DNA of 64,000 nt, taken from an uncultured delta proteobacterium (GTDB lineage: Bacteria > Myxococcota > Kuafuiibacteriia > Kuafuiibacteriales > Kuafuiibacteriaceae). The notes below the pieces were generated by a model. That model did no database searches, had not been told where the DNA came from, and saw only the letters and a program-made list of their open reading frames with translations. Positions 53,711-62,524 of this stretch are shown here, piece by piece (position 1 is the first letter of the stretch; each line of letters opens with the position of its first letter). The stretch is taken from positions 896,001 to 960,000 of the forward strand of contig CAWDML010000003.1 of NCBI GenBank assembly GCA_963803435.1, written 5' to 3'. The translations under genes were made by a program, and so were the position numbers.

Positions 53711-54639
53711 CAGGCTCGCTCCTTCTCTCCGCCGAATGGGATCACGATGGTGAAGGTGCTCCCCTCCTCCACCTTGCTGTCGAGGTCGATCGTCCCCCCG
53801 TGGGCCAGGACCACGTGGCGGGCGATGGCGAGGCCCAGGCCGGTGCCGCTGATCGCTTTCACGTCGCGCGCGTCCGAGCGGTAGAAGCGCTCGAATATGC
53901 GCGGCTGCTCGCGCTTGGCGATGCCCAAGCCGAAGTCGCGCACCGAGATCGCGAGCTTCCCGTTCTTCTTCCGCGCGGAGATCTCGATGCGCTCGGACTC
54001 ACCGCGATACTTGAGCGCGTTGGTGAGGAGGTTGACCAGCGCGTCGACCAGCGCCGTCGCGTCGACCTTGATCACGGGTAGGTCGTCCTCGATGTCCACC
54101 GAGAGCTGTACCTTTTTTTCGTGCAGCTGCGGCTGGAAGACGCTGATGGCCGAGGAGACGACGCTCTTCACGTCGACCCGCTGCCGGTCGAGCTTGAACG
54201 CGCCGGCCTCCATGGCGCCCCAGGAGAGGAGCCGTCCGATCAGGAGCGAGAGCCGATCGGTCTCCTTGCTGATCACCTCCAGGCAGTGATCGACCTGCGG
54301 GCGTTCCTTCACACGCCCCATGCGGAGTGTGTCGACGAACATGCGGATCGAGGTCAGGGGGGTCTTGAGCTCGTGGGAGACCTTCGACACGAAGTCGATC
54401 TGGAGCGCGGCCAGCCGGCGATCGGCGCGAATGCCGAGGAGGGTGACGGTGGCGCCGGCGCCCAGGGCGGCACAGAACATGACGAGGAGGAGCCCGATCG
54501 TCACCTCGAAGACGGATTGTTGATAGACGAGGATCAGGATGCCGCAGACCAGGATGGCGAGGGCCGGGATGGCGACCAGGGCCCAAACGCCCAGGCTGGA
54601 GGTCCGGGTCTTCGGGAGGCGATGCGTGGCGCCCGCCAT
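53710..54639 (-). CDS. Sensor histidine kinase (PhoR-like, 2 TM)
   Basis: VSHELKTPLTSI, NALKY, DFGLGI, FERFYR, GTGLGL. Confidence 0.93.
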   Translation of the reverse strand: MAGATHRLPKTRTSSLGVWALVAIPALAILVCGILILVYQQSVFEVTIGLLLVMFCAALGAGATVTLLGIRADRRLAALQIDFVSKVSHELKTPLTSIRMFVDTLRMGRVKERPQVDHCLEVISKETDRLSLLIGRLLSWGAMEAGAFKLDRQRVDVKSVVSSAISVFQPQLHEKKVQLSVDIEDDLPVIKVDATALVDALVNLLTNALKYRGESERIEISARKKNGKLAISVRDFGLGIAKREQPRIFERFYRSDARDVKAISGTGLGLAIARHVVLAHGGTIDLDSKVEEGSTFTIVIPFGGEKERA

Positions 54640-54725
54640 CCGGACGACCTAAAAGCTCCGTCGGGGCGGGGTCAACGCTGAACCGGTGTCGTGATACCGT
54701 CCCGCCCCATCCCAAAGGGGGCTAC

Positions 54726-55376
54726 ATGCAAATCGTACTGCTCGTCGTCGGTGTGATCGGCCTGGTCGGCGGAATCATCTGGCTTGGCCGCTACATGGAG
54801 AAGCGGCGGACGGAGAAGATGCGGGCTGCGGCAGCGTCGCTCGGCTACGCGTTCGAAGCGGAGCATGCGCCGGAGCTGATCCAGACGCTCGCACACTTTC
54901 CGTTGTTCCAGGTCGGACATGGCAAGAAGCTCCGCAACGTGATCGCCGGCTCGGACGGCAGTGTGGAGTTCAAGCTCTTCGACTACCGGTACACGACCGG
55001 ACATGGAAAGAACTCGCACACCTGGGTGCAGACCGTCATCCTGATCAAGTCGCGACGGCTGCGCTTGCCGTCGTTCGCGCTCAAGCCCGAGAACATCTTC
55101 CACAAGATCGGATCCGTGTTCGGCTACAAGGACATCGACTTCGAGACGCACCCCACGTTCTCGAAGAAGTACCTGTTGCGAGGAGAGATCGAGAGCGAGA
55201 TCCGCCAGACGTTCTCTCCGCCGGTTCTCGACTACTTCGACCAGAACCATAACCTCACGGTTGAAGGTTTTCAGGACGAGCTGCTGTTCTACCGCGCGTC
55301 CCGTCAGCTCAAGCCCGAGGACCTGCGACCGCTGATCGACAGCGGCATGCAGGTCCACCATCTCCTTGGTCGCTGA
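54726..55376 (+). CDS. Membrane-anchored hypothetical protein
   Basis: N-terminal TM, FDYRYTTG, DIDFETHPTFSKKY. TGATG overlap with rnhA. Confidence 0.75.
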   Translation: MQIVLLVVGVIGLVGGIIWLGRYMEKRRTEKMRAAAASLGYAFEAEHAPELIQTLAHFPLFQVGHGKKLRNVIAGSDGSVEFKLFDYRYTTGHGKNSHTWVQTVILIKSRRLRLPSFALKPENIFHKIGSVFGYKDIDFETHPTFSKKYLLRGEIESEIRQTFSPPVLDYFDQNHNLTVEGFQDELLFYRASRQLKPEDLRPLIDSGMQVHHLLGR

Positions 55377-56146
55377 TGCCCTGGCGCCGCGCAGAGTTCA
55401 AAGGCCAGCGGGTCTGGGCGGAGGTCGATCCGACCGGTGCGCTCAAGGTCTCCGGCGGCCGGGTGGGCATTCGCTACCAGCGCTCGGCGAACGCCAAGAT
55501 CTACGCAGGAACCGCACGCAACGTGGCCTTGGAGGCGTCAGCGCCGGTGGAGGCGTTCGAGGACGGGACGCCGGCGCCGCCGCTGGCCGCCGCCAAGCGG
55601 GCGGCGAACCGGGCCGGCGGCAGCAGTGGCTTCGGCAAGGCCGGCACGCGCACGGAGAAGCAGGCGGCGATGGCCGCCGAGGCGGCGCGCGCGCTGATCG
55701 ACTCGCTCGACGGTGCGATCCTGGCGTTCACCGACGGCGCCTGCCGCGGCAACCCTGGCCCCGCCGGCGCCGGGGCGGTGCTCCGGTTTCCCGGCGGCCG
55801 GCACCTGGAAGCCAGCCGATCCCTCGGGAGGGCCACCAACAACATCGCCGAGCTCACCGCGATCCAGCTGGCGCTCCAGCTGCTCGTGCGCGCCAAGGTG
55901 GATCCGCACGAAGAGGTCGCCCTGTTCACCGATTCGGCCTACTCGCACGGCGTCCTGGTCAAGAGCTGGAAGCCGAAGGCCAACCAGGAGCTGATCAAGG
56001 ACCTGCGCGCGCGATTGGCGCGATGGCCGAACCTCGAGCTCTACTGGATCGCCGGGCACGTGGGGGTCGAAGAGAACGAGCGCGCCGACGAGCTGGCGAA
56101 CGAAGGCGTCGACGGGATCAGCGCCGTCCATGACAGCGCGCGGTGA
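55376..56146 (+). CDS. rnhA: Ribonuclease HI with N-terminal extension
   Basis: TDGACRGNPGPAG, TNNIAEL, TDSAY, GHVG, NERADELA. Confidence 0.92.
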   Translation: MPWRRAEFKGQRVWAEVDPTGALKVSGGRVGIRYQRSANAKIYAGTARNVALEASAPVEAFEDGTPAPPLAAAKRAANRAGGSSGFGKAGTRTEKQAAMAAEAARALIDSLDGAILAFTDGACRGNPGPAGAGAVLRFPGGRHLEASRSLGRATNNIAELTAIQLALQLLVRAKVDPHEEVALFTDSAYSHGVLVKSWKPKANQELIKDLRARLARWPNLELYWIAGHVGVEENERADELANEGVDGISAVHDSAR

Positions 56147-57272
56147 GCTCCCGTTCGTCCTGATCGGGAATCCGGAGAACCGTCGGATCACGCTCTTCCA
56201 GCAGGCGCTGGCCGAGCTGGGACGGCCTCAGGCGACCGTGGTGCCGTGGCTGGCGCTGGCGCAAGGACCGGAGGCGCTGGCTGCGATCCCGCTCGCCGAG
56301 GCGATCCTCCGGATCGACTCCGCGGGGGAGAGCTTCGAGGTGGACCGGGCCTTCCTGCGGCTCGGCTTCGAGGCGGCGGTCGAGGCCGGGGCCAGCACCA
56401 TCGATCCGGCGAAGATCGCAGCGCTCGTCCCGGACCGTGGCCGCATCACCTGCCCGCGTCAGCTCCACCTCGGCTTCCTGAGGGTGGTCGACACCCTCGC
56501 TCCGGTGCTCGCGGACAAGCCGGGCTGGCGTGTCCTGACGCCGCTCCGGGAGATCGAGGTGTTGTTCGATAAGCGGGTCACCTCGAGGCGCTATCGCGCG
56601 CTCGGCCTCCCCGTGCCTGAGCCCCTCGACGGGGTCACCGATCCGGACACGCTCGCCGCCGAGATGGACCGCCGGCGGATCCACTCGGTGTACGTCAAGC
56701 TCTCCTGCAGCTCGTCCGCGTCCTGCCTGGCGATCTACACGCGCCGCCCGACCGATCGCCGCGAGTCGCTGACGACGACGATCGAGCAGGCCTCCACCGG
56801 TTGGTACAACTCCCTCCGACTGCGACGGATCGAACGCCGCGAGAACGTCGACGAGATCCTGCGCTTCCTGATCGACAACGGCTCCCAGATCGAGGCCGCG
56901 ATCCCGAAGGCCCGCCTCGACGGCGCCTTCTTCGACTGCCGGGTGGTCGTGATCGACGCCGCCCCCGAGTTCGTGGTGGTCCGACAGAACCACCACCCCA
57001 TCACGAACCTCCACCTCGGCGGCTGGCGCGGCGCGCTCGCCGCCCTCGAGCGCGAGGCCGGTCCCGCCCTCTCGCAGGGCCTCTCGAGCTGCCGCCGCGC
57101 CGCCGAGAGCCACGGCTGCTTCTCGCTCGGCGTGGATCTCATGTTCGAGCGCGGCTTCACCGGTCACCGGATCCTCGAGAGCAACGCCTTCGGCGATCTG
57201 CTCCCGAACCTCACGAAGGACGGCAAGAGCGTCTACGGGATGCAGATCGAACGCGCGCTCCAGCGCTTCTGA
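56130..57272 (+). CDS. STM4014-family ATP-grasp-like protein
   Basis: IGNPENRR, RIDS.GE, LFDK, VKL..SSSAS, PITNLHLG, GVD, ESNAFGDLLP. Confidence 0.8.
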   Translation: MTARGELPFVLIGNPENRRITLFQQALAELGRPQATVVPWLALAQGPEALAAIPLAEAILRIDSAGESFEVDRAFLRLGFEAAVEAGASTIDPAKIAALVPDRGRITCPRQLHLGFLRVVDTLAPVLADKPGWRVLTPLREIEVLFDKRVTSRRYRALGLPVPEPLDGVTDPDTLAAEMDRRRIHSVYVKLSCSSSASCLAIYTRRPTDRRESLTTTIEQASTGWYNSLRLRRIERRENVDEILRFLIDNGSQIEAAIPKARLDGAFFDCRVVVIDAAPEFVVVRQNHHPITNLHLGGWRGALAALEREAGPALSQGLSSCRRAAESHGCFSLGVDLMFERGFTGHRILESNAFGDLLPNLTKDGKSVYGMQIERALQRF

Positions 57273-57282
57273 ACACCGGGCG

Positions 57283-57363
57283 GTCACTGTCACCGTCACG
57301 GCCACGGTCAGGGACCTCGGCCACGGATCACGGATCACGGATCACGGATCACGATTCACGATC
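57283..57363. repeat. Short tandem repeats: degenerate GTCACN hexamers then CACGGAT heptamers
   Basis: GTCACT GTCACC GTCACG GCCACG GTCAGG (57283-57312); CACGGAT x4 plus CACGATT CACGATC (57322-57363). Confidence 0.85.
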
Positions 57364-58205
57364 CCCGCCGGCACGCGCTCCAGGATCCCCTCCCCGAACA
57401 CGCTCCGCAGCCCCAGCTTCTCCAGGTGCACGTACCCGAGGTGACAGCCGCAGGTCTCCGCCGGGCAGGGCCGCTCCCCGAGGATGCGCTCCAGCGGATC
57501 CCGGTAGAGGTTGCCGAGGACCGTATCGACGAAGTGACACCGCCGCACCTCGCCTTCGCCGTCGACCGCCACCGTGTCGCTGCCGGTGAAGCAGCGCTCT
57601 CCGAGGCTCGCATGCCGGCGCGCGTTGTAGCCGAACAGCGGATCGATCCGCTCCAGCGCCCGGATGGTGTCGTCGTCGAACGGCCGGAAGCGCTTGGGCG
57701 CGTTGATCCAGAGGTAGACCCCGGGCGGGAGCTCCGTGCGCAGTCGCTCGATCTCCGGCTCGAATTGCTCGAACCCGACCACTCCGGCGCTGATCTCGAC
57801 GCCCCGCTCGTGGAGCTCGGCCACGCGCCGGACGAAGCGCGCGCGCTCCGTCCACTCGGGGTGGTACGTCGCCCAGATCCCGAGACGCTCGGCGACGCAG
57901 TCGGAGGTCCAGTCGACCGGTGTCGAGAGGTTCGTTTGAATGGAAGCGCGGCGCACGTGCGGCAGGTTCGTGAGCTCGACGAGCGCGTCTCGGTACCAAG
58001 GTCGGATGAGCGCCTCCCCCCACGGCGTGAAGAGCACGCCGAGCCAATCGCCTCGCCGGGCCCGGATCCAGCCCATGAACCGATCGAGCGCCGCCCGATC
58101 GCGGGAGAGGGCCTCGGGGGGATCCTCGCGCTTGGCGAAGGGACAGTATGTGCAACCGTAGTTGCAGCTCTCCAGCGGCCCTCGATAGAGCAGGTCCAGC
58201 TTCAT
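57342..58205 (-). CDS. STM4011-family radical SAM protein
   Basis: YRGPLESCNYGCTYCPF (CxxxCxxC), PWGEAL, QTNL. C-terminal Cys cluster C..CHF..PCPAETCGCH. Confidence 0.85.
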   Translation of the reverse strand: MKLDLLYRGPLESCNYGCTYCPFAKREDPPEALSRDRAALDRFMGWIRARRGDWLGVLFTPWGEALIRPWYRDALVELTNLPHVRRASIQTNLSTPVDWTSDCVAERLGIWATYHPEWTERARFVRRVAELHERGVEISAGVVGFEQFEPEIERLRTELPPGVYLWINAPKRFRPFDDDTIRALERIDPLFGYNARRHASLGERCFTGSDTVAVDGEGEVRRCHFVDTVLGNLYRDPLERILGERPCPAETCGCHLGYVHLEKLGLRSVFGEGILERVPAGIVNRDP

Positions 58206-59518
58206 CGCGGCTCGTGGCTCGCCATGAGCTCGGCCACCCGCCGCGAGTGGAGAAAGGGGCCGATGGCGTCGGAGCGTTCGAGCCCCCGATCGGTCAGCGC
58301 CAGCCGCCGCCCCCGCGGCTCGACCAGCATGCGCTCGACCAGCTCCGACAGCTCGGGCACGTCCTCGAGCGCCTCGGCGCCGAACCGCGCGCGGTAGGCG
58401 TCGAGGTCGATGCCTTCGGCGAGCAGCGAGAGGATGAGCCAGCGCCGCCGGCGCTCCTCATCGTCGAGCGCGAAGCCCCACTCGGCGAGATCGAAGCGCT
58501 CGCGACAGTTGAAGCTCTCGATGATCTCCCGCACCCCGCGCGCGCCGACGGCGTACTCCGTCGAGTAGTGGACGTCCTGCGTATACGAGCGCGCACCCGC
58601 GCCCAGCCCGACCATGCCGTCCTCCTGACAGCGATACGCCACCGTCTCCTCGGCGGCGGCGGACGCCTCCGTGACGAACATGCGCATCGACGCCTGACGG
58701 TAGCCCTCGGCGAACAGCAGGGCGCGGCCCTCCCGGTACTGCTCGAGCCGCTGCTCGTCCCAGCTGACGGCGCCGCGCCGGCCCAGCCCTGTCAGCGGGC
58801 GCACATAGAGCGGATAGAGGTACAGCTCCTCCGGGGCGAACCGGAGCGCGTGGCGGATCGTGTCGAGCCAGCTCTCCGTGCTCTGCTCCGGGATGCCGTA
58901 CATGAGATCGACATTCAGTATGGGGAAGGCTGCGGACCGGATCCGGTCCAGCGCCACCTCCACGGTCGTCGCCGCCTGGGGCCGCAGCAGCGCCTTCGTT
59001 TCCCGGTCGTCGAAGCTCTGCACGCCGATGCTGATGCGACGGACGCCGTGACGCCGGAGCACCTGGAGGCGATCGCTCGTTGCCGTCTCGGGCGAGGTCT
59101 CGACGGACGCGGGGGCGGCGTCCGGATCGACGCCGAGGTGGGACTCGAGGCGCGACAGCACCCGCTCCAGCTGGTGCGCCTCGAGGTAGGTGGGCGTGCC
59201 ACCGCCGATCGCGAAGCGCGCGAACCGGGCGCCGTCGAGCCAGCCCTTGGCGCTCGCGATCTGTCGATCGAGGGCGTCGAGATAGTCCTGGATCACGCGG
59301 CGCTGCGGGCGCGCCTGAGTGAACAGGTTGCAGAAGCCGCACCGCATCTCGCAGAACGGGACGTGGAGGTAGAGGAAGAGCGCCGTGCGATCGACCCGGG
59401 ACCACAGGGTCTCCAGCGGGATCGGCGGATCGAGCGCTCGGTACGACGTCTTGTGCGGATACGCGTACAGATACGCGAGATAGGGCGAGCCGGACTCGAG
59501 GAGATCGGCGCCGTTCAT
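58202..59518 (-). CDS. STM4012-family HemN-like radical SAM protein
   Basis: YAYPHKTSYR, YLHVPFCEMRCGFCNL, GGGTPT, ETSP, RISIGVQSF, NVDLMYG, GLGAGARS. Confidence 0.88.
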   Translation of the reverse strand: MNGADLLESGSPYLAYLYAYPHKTSYRALDPPIPLETLWSRVDRTALFLYLHVPFCEMRCGFCNLFTQARPQRRVIQDYLDALDRQIASAKGWLDGARFARFAIGGGTPTYLEAHQLERVLSRLESHLGVDPDAAPASVETSPETATSDRLQVLRRHGVRRISIGVQSFDDRETKALLRPQAATTVEVALDRIRSAAFPILNVDLMYGIPEQSTESWLDTIRHALRFAPEELYLYPLYVRPLTGLGRRGAVSWDEQRLEQYREGRALLFAEGYRQASMRMFVTEASAAAEETVAYRCQEDGMVGLGAGARSYTQDVHYSTEYAVGARGVREIIESFNCRERFDLAEWGFALDDEERRRRWLILSLLAEGIDLDAYRARFGAEALEDVPELSELVERMLVEPRGRRLALTDRGLERSDAIGPFLHSRRVAELMASHEPR

Positions 59519-60303
59519 CGCGGCGGCTCCAGCTGAATCTCGGCGTAGGGCACGGTCCAGACGACCTCGTGCCCGAGTCGGTGCCCGAAGAAGCCGTCCT
59601 CGCCGTAGGCCGTCCCGTGATCCGAGCAGACGATCGCGAACGTGGGCGCGCGCCGCTCCATGGCGTCGATCAGGCGACCGAGCTGAGCATCGGCGTAGCG
59701 AAGCGCGGCTGCGTGCGATGCGCGCGTGTCCTCGCGCGGTCCTCCCGGGAGGTAGAACCAGTTGGGCTGGTGGAGCGCGGAGACGTTGACGAAGAGAAAG
59801 ATCCGCCCGGGGGTCAGCGCCAGGATCTCGAGCGCGAGATCCACCTGATTCTCCGTCGAGCGCGGATCGGTGACGCCCATCGCCTCGCTCCAGTGCGCCT
59901 CCTGAAACAGCGCCGGCAGCGCGCGTCCCAGCTCGTTCTTGCCGTTGAAGAAGCCCGTCCCTCCGATGCACACCGTCCGATAGCCGTGGCGCGCGAGCCC
60001 AGCTGGGAGGCTGTCACCGTCCAGCAGGACGGTCTCGCTCCCGATGGTCTCGCTGCCCTCGAACCGGAGGGCGAAGGGGCGCGGGTGCTTGCCCGGCCGC
60101 GCCGGCGTGGGCAGAAAGCCGGCGAACATCGCCGCATGCGACGCGTACGTGAAGCTGCCCGGCGCGTGGCGTCGCTCCCATCCTCCCGGGATCCGGGCCC
60201 GGAGGTTCGGCGTCGAGCCGTCCTGCCAGCAGGCCTCGGCGGTGTCGTAGCGGAGCGTGTCGAGCGTGACCATCAGGACGTCGTGCGTGCCCAGCTGCAT
60301 CAT
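59515..60303 (-). CDS. STM4013/SEN3800-family alkaline-phosphatase/sulfatase-fold hydrolase
   Basis: TLDTLRYD, HAPGSFTYASH, SALHQP, SDHG, GHR..HEVVW. Confidence 0.85.
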   Translation of the reverse strand: MMQLGTHDVLMVTLDTLRYDTAEACWQDGSTPNLRARIPGGWERRHAPGSFTYASHAAMFAGFLPTPARPGKHPRPFALRFEGSETIGSETVLLDGDSLPAGLARHGYRTVCIGGTGFFNGKNELGRALPALFQEAHWSEAMGVTDPRSTENQVDLALEILALTPGRIFLFVNVSALHQPNWFYLPGGPREDTRASHAAALRYADAQLGRLIDAMERRAPTFAIVCSDHGTAYGEDGFFGHRLGHEVVWTVPYAEIQLEPPR

Positions 60304-61448
60304 CGAGCGCACCCGCTGGCCGGCGGACTCACCAGCGCCGCCCCATCGATGGTGCACGTCGACGTTCCATTCAAACGAATGCGTCCGACCGCGCCGCCGC
60401 CGCCGCCCCCGCCGCCGAAGCCGAGGTCGCCGTCGTTCCCCTCCGCCGGCGCGCGGGTCCCGGCGCCGCCGGCGCCTCCGCTGCCGCCGCCGACGTCGGC
60501 GCCTCGCGCGGGATCCGCGGTACGCTCGGCGCCCGGATCGCCGGTGCCGCCGCTGGCTTCGAACCCGCCGCCCGCGCCGGCCCCGCCGCCGTTGGCGGTC
60601 AGGATCGCGCCGGCGGCAATCGACATCGACGGGGCCTCGAGGAGGATCGCGCCCCCGCTGCCGCCGCCGCCGCCGCCCCCCGTCTGGTTGCCTCCGCCGC
60701 CGCCGCCGCCGGGCGCCGCGATGAGACCGCCCACCGTGATCGCGCGCTTCGCCGAGATCTCCAGCGCGCCGCCACCTCGCCCCGCCTCGCCGCCGTTGGC
60801 GCCGCCGCCGCCGGCCGCCCCGTCGCAGCCACCCTGGAGCGGGATCAGCTGACCATTGCCGGAGGGCGCGCCGCCGCGGCCACCGTCATTGAGGTTCGTC
60901 GGTCCGCCGGTGGCGCCCATGGTTCCGAAGCCGCCGCCGCCGCCGCCGCTGGCGATCTGTCCGATCTGGCTCCCGCCCTCGACCGCGCGGTCGCACGAGG
61001 CCGCGTTCGCTCCGGGGCCGGGGATGGCGCCGCGCGCCCCCGCGTGGATCTGGCCGTCGATCTCGGCGGCATCGAACACGGCGAAGATGGCCGCGCGATT
61101 CCCGATCACGATCAGCTCGCCGTCGCTCTCGATCGATAGATGGTCCGCCGACGCGATCACCACTGCGCCCTGATTGCCGTAGAGCGCGCTGGGCACCGAC
61201 GCGCAGCCGTCGCCGTCGAACAGGAGATCCGCAGTGTCGAACGTACAGGTGCCGCTCCGAACGATCAGCTCGCCGCCCGGTGGGACGTCCTCCGGATCGA
61301 AGTTGCTCGGATCGAAGGGGAAGGGCCGACCTCCGGCGTCACCGGCACCAGCGTCGGATCGCGCGAGCCCGGCGTCGTAGATCTCCGAGAGCGGCGATAC
61401 GTCGCAGGCGGCGACCAGCGTCGCGATCAGCACGGAGCGAAGCAGCAC
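60300..61448 (-). CDS. Gly-rich surface lipoprotein
   Basis: Lipobox VAAC, DAG linker, repeated GGGGGSGGAILLEA / GGGAVGRIR motifs. Confidence 0.8.
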   Translation of the reverse strand: MLLRSVLIATLVAACDVSPLSEIYDAGLARSDAGAGDAGGRPFPFDPSNFDPEDVPPGGELIVRSGTCTFDTADLLFDGDGCASVPSALYGNQGAVVIASADHLSIESDGELIVIGNRAAIFAVFDAAEIDGQIHAGARGAIPGPGANAASCDRAVEGGSQIGQIASGGGGGGFGTMGATGGPTNLNDGGRGGAPSGNGQLIPLQGGCDGAAGGGGANGGEAGRGGGALEISAKRAITVGGLIAAPGGGGGGGNQTGGGGGGGSGGAILLEAPSMSIAAGAILTANGGGAGAGGGFEASGGTGDPGAERTADPARGADVGGGSGGAGGAGTRAPAEGNDGDLGFGGGGGGGGAVGRIRLNGTSTCTIDGAALVSPPASGCAR

Positions 61449-61452
61449 AGGC

Positions 61453-62508
61453 TCACCTCAGCGCGGCGATCCGCTCCTCGGAGAAGCGCTTGATCGAGCT
61501 CGACGCCCGAGCGTGATCCATCACGTGCCGATACGCGTCGACGGCCAGGTCGTTCTTGCCCAGCAGGCGCCGCGCCTCGCCGAGACCGAGGTAGAGCCCG
61601 GGCAGGGCGTCGTCGCTGGCCAGCCCGATCGCGCGCTGGTACATCGTCTCGGCCTCCTCGCCGTGCTCCAGCCCCAGGTGCGCGCTCCCCAGCGCGGCCA
61701 GGATCAGCGCATCGTTCGGCATCTCGCGATCGGCCGCCTCCAGCTGCGGCAGCGCTGCGGTGTAGTCGCCGTTCTGCAGCCGGGTGAGGCCGGCCCGGAA
61801 CGAGTCCGGTCGCGGGGAGCTCACCTTCACCGGCGGGACGGCCGCCCGCTCCGGCGTCGCGGACTTCTCGACCGGCTTCTCGGTGAACGACAGATGCAGG
61901 CTGTCCTTGGTCTCCGCCTTCGGCTCTTTCCGGGCCGCCTTCTCCCTCGGCGCCACGGCCTTTGCCTCCTCCCGGAGCGCGGCGGCGGTCTGGCGCGCCT
62001 TGGCCACCCACTTCTCCTGCGCCGGGTTCGTCTCGGCGCGCGCGTAGGCCTCGTACGCCTCGGCGGCCGCCACCTTGTCTCCAGCGGCGCGCAGGGTCTC
62101 GGCGAGACCATAGTGCGCGTCGGCGTCGTTCGGGTTGCTCTGGAGGTACATGCGGTACTGCTCCGCAGCGTCGTCGTTTCGACCCAGCTTCCTCAGCGAG
62201 AAGGCGAGGTTGTAGCGGGCCACCGACTGATCGGGTTTGGCGTCGAGCGCCTTCTTGAACGCCGGCGCCGCCTCCGCGTATCGCTGCTTCTCCACGTACG
62301 CGTTGCCGAGCTCGGTCCAGGCTTCGCCGTACTGAGGTGCGAGCTCGACCGCCTGCTGAAGCCGCGCGATCGCGTTGTCGGTCTGATGGTCCTTCAGGAG
62401 GCGCTTGCCCTCGTTGAACGCGACGATCGCGCCGGCCGGAATCGCCTGGGCCCGAGCGACCCCGCCGGCGGCGAGGAGGAGGACGAGAGAGAACGCGAAC
62501 GCCCGCAT
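61453..62508 (-). CDS. Secreted TPR-repeat protein
   Basis: Signal peptide ending ARA; multiple TPRs (AWTELGNAY, ARYNLA, AHYGLA). ATG 62508 lies 7 nt after TATGCT; alternative start 62520. Confidence 0.85.
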   Translation of the reverse strand: MRAFAFSLVLLLAAGGVARAQAIPAGAIVAFNEGKRLLKDHQTDNAIARLQQAVELAPQYGEAWTELGNAYVEKQRYAEAAPAFKKALDAKPDQSVARYNLAFSLRKLGRNDDAAEQYRMYLQSNPNDADAHYGLAETLRAAGDKVAAAEAYEAYARAETNPAQEKWVAKARQTAAALREEAKAVAPREKAARKEPKAETKDSLHLSFTEKPVEKSATPERAAVPPVKVSSPRPDSFRAGLTRLQNGDYTAALPQLEAADREMPNDALILAALGSAHLGLEHGEEAETMYQRAIGLASDDALPGLYLGLGEARRLLGKNDLAVDAYRHVMDHARASSSIKRFSEERIAALR

Positions 62509-62524
62509 CCGCGCGAGCATAGCC

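Noticed and set aside
57283-57363. Possible CRISPR array
   Set aside because: Units are 6-7 bp with no spacers, and there are no cas genes in the window.
60380-61000. GCC-rich repeats as PE-PGRS gene or microsatellite
   Set aside because: These are Gly codons of a lipoprotein. There is no PE domain.
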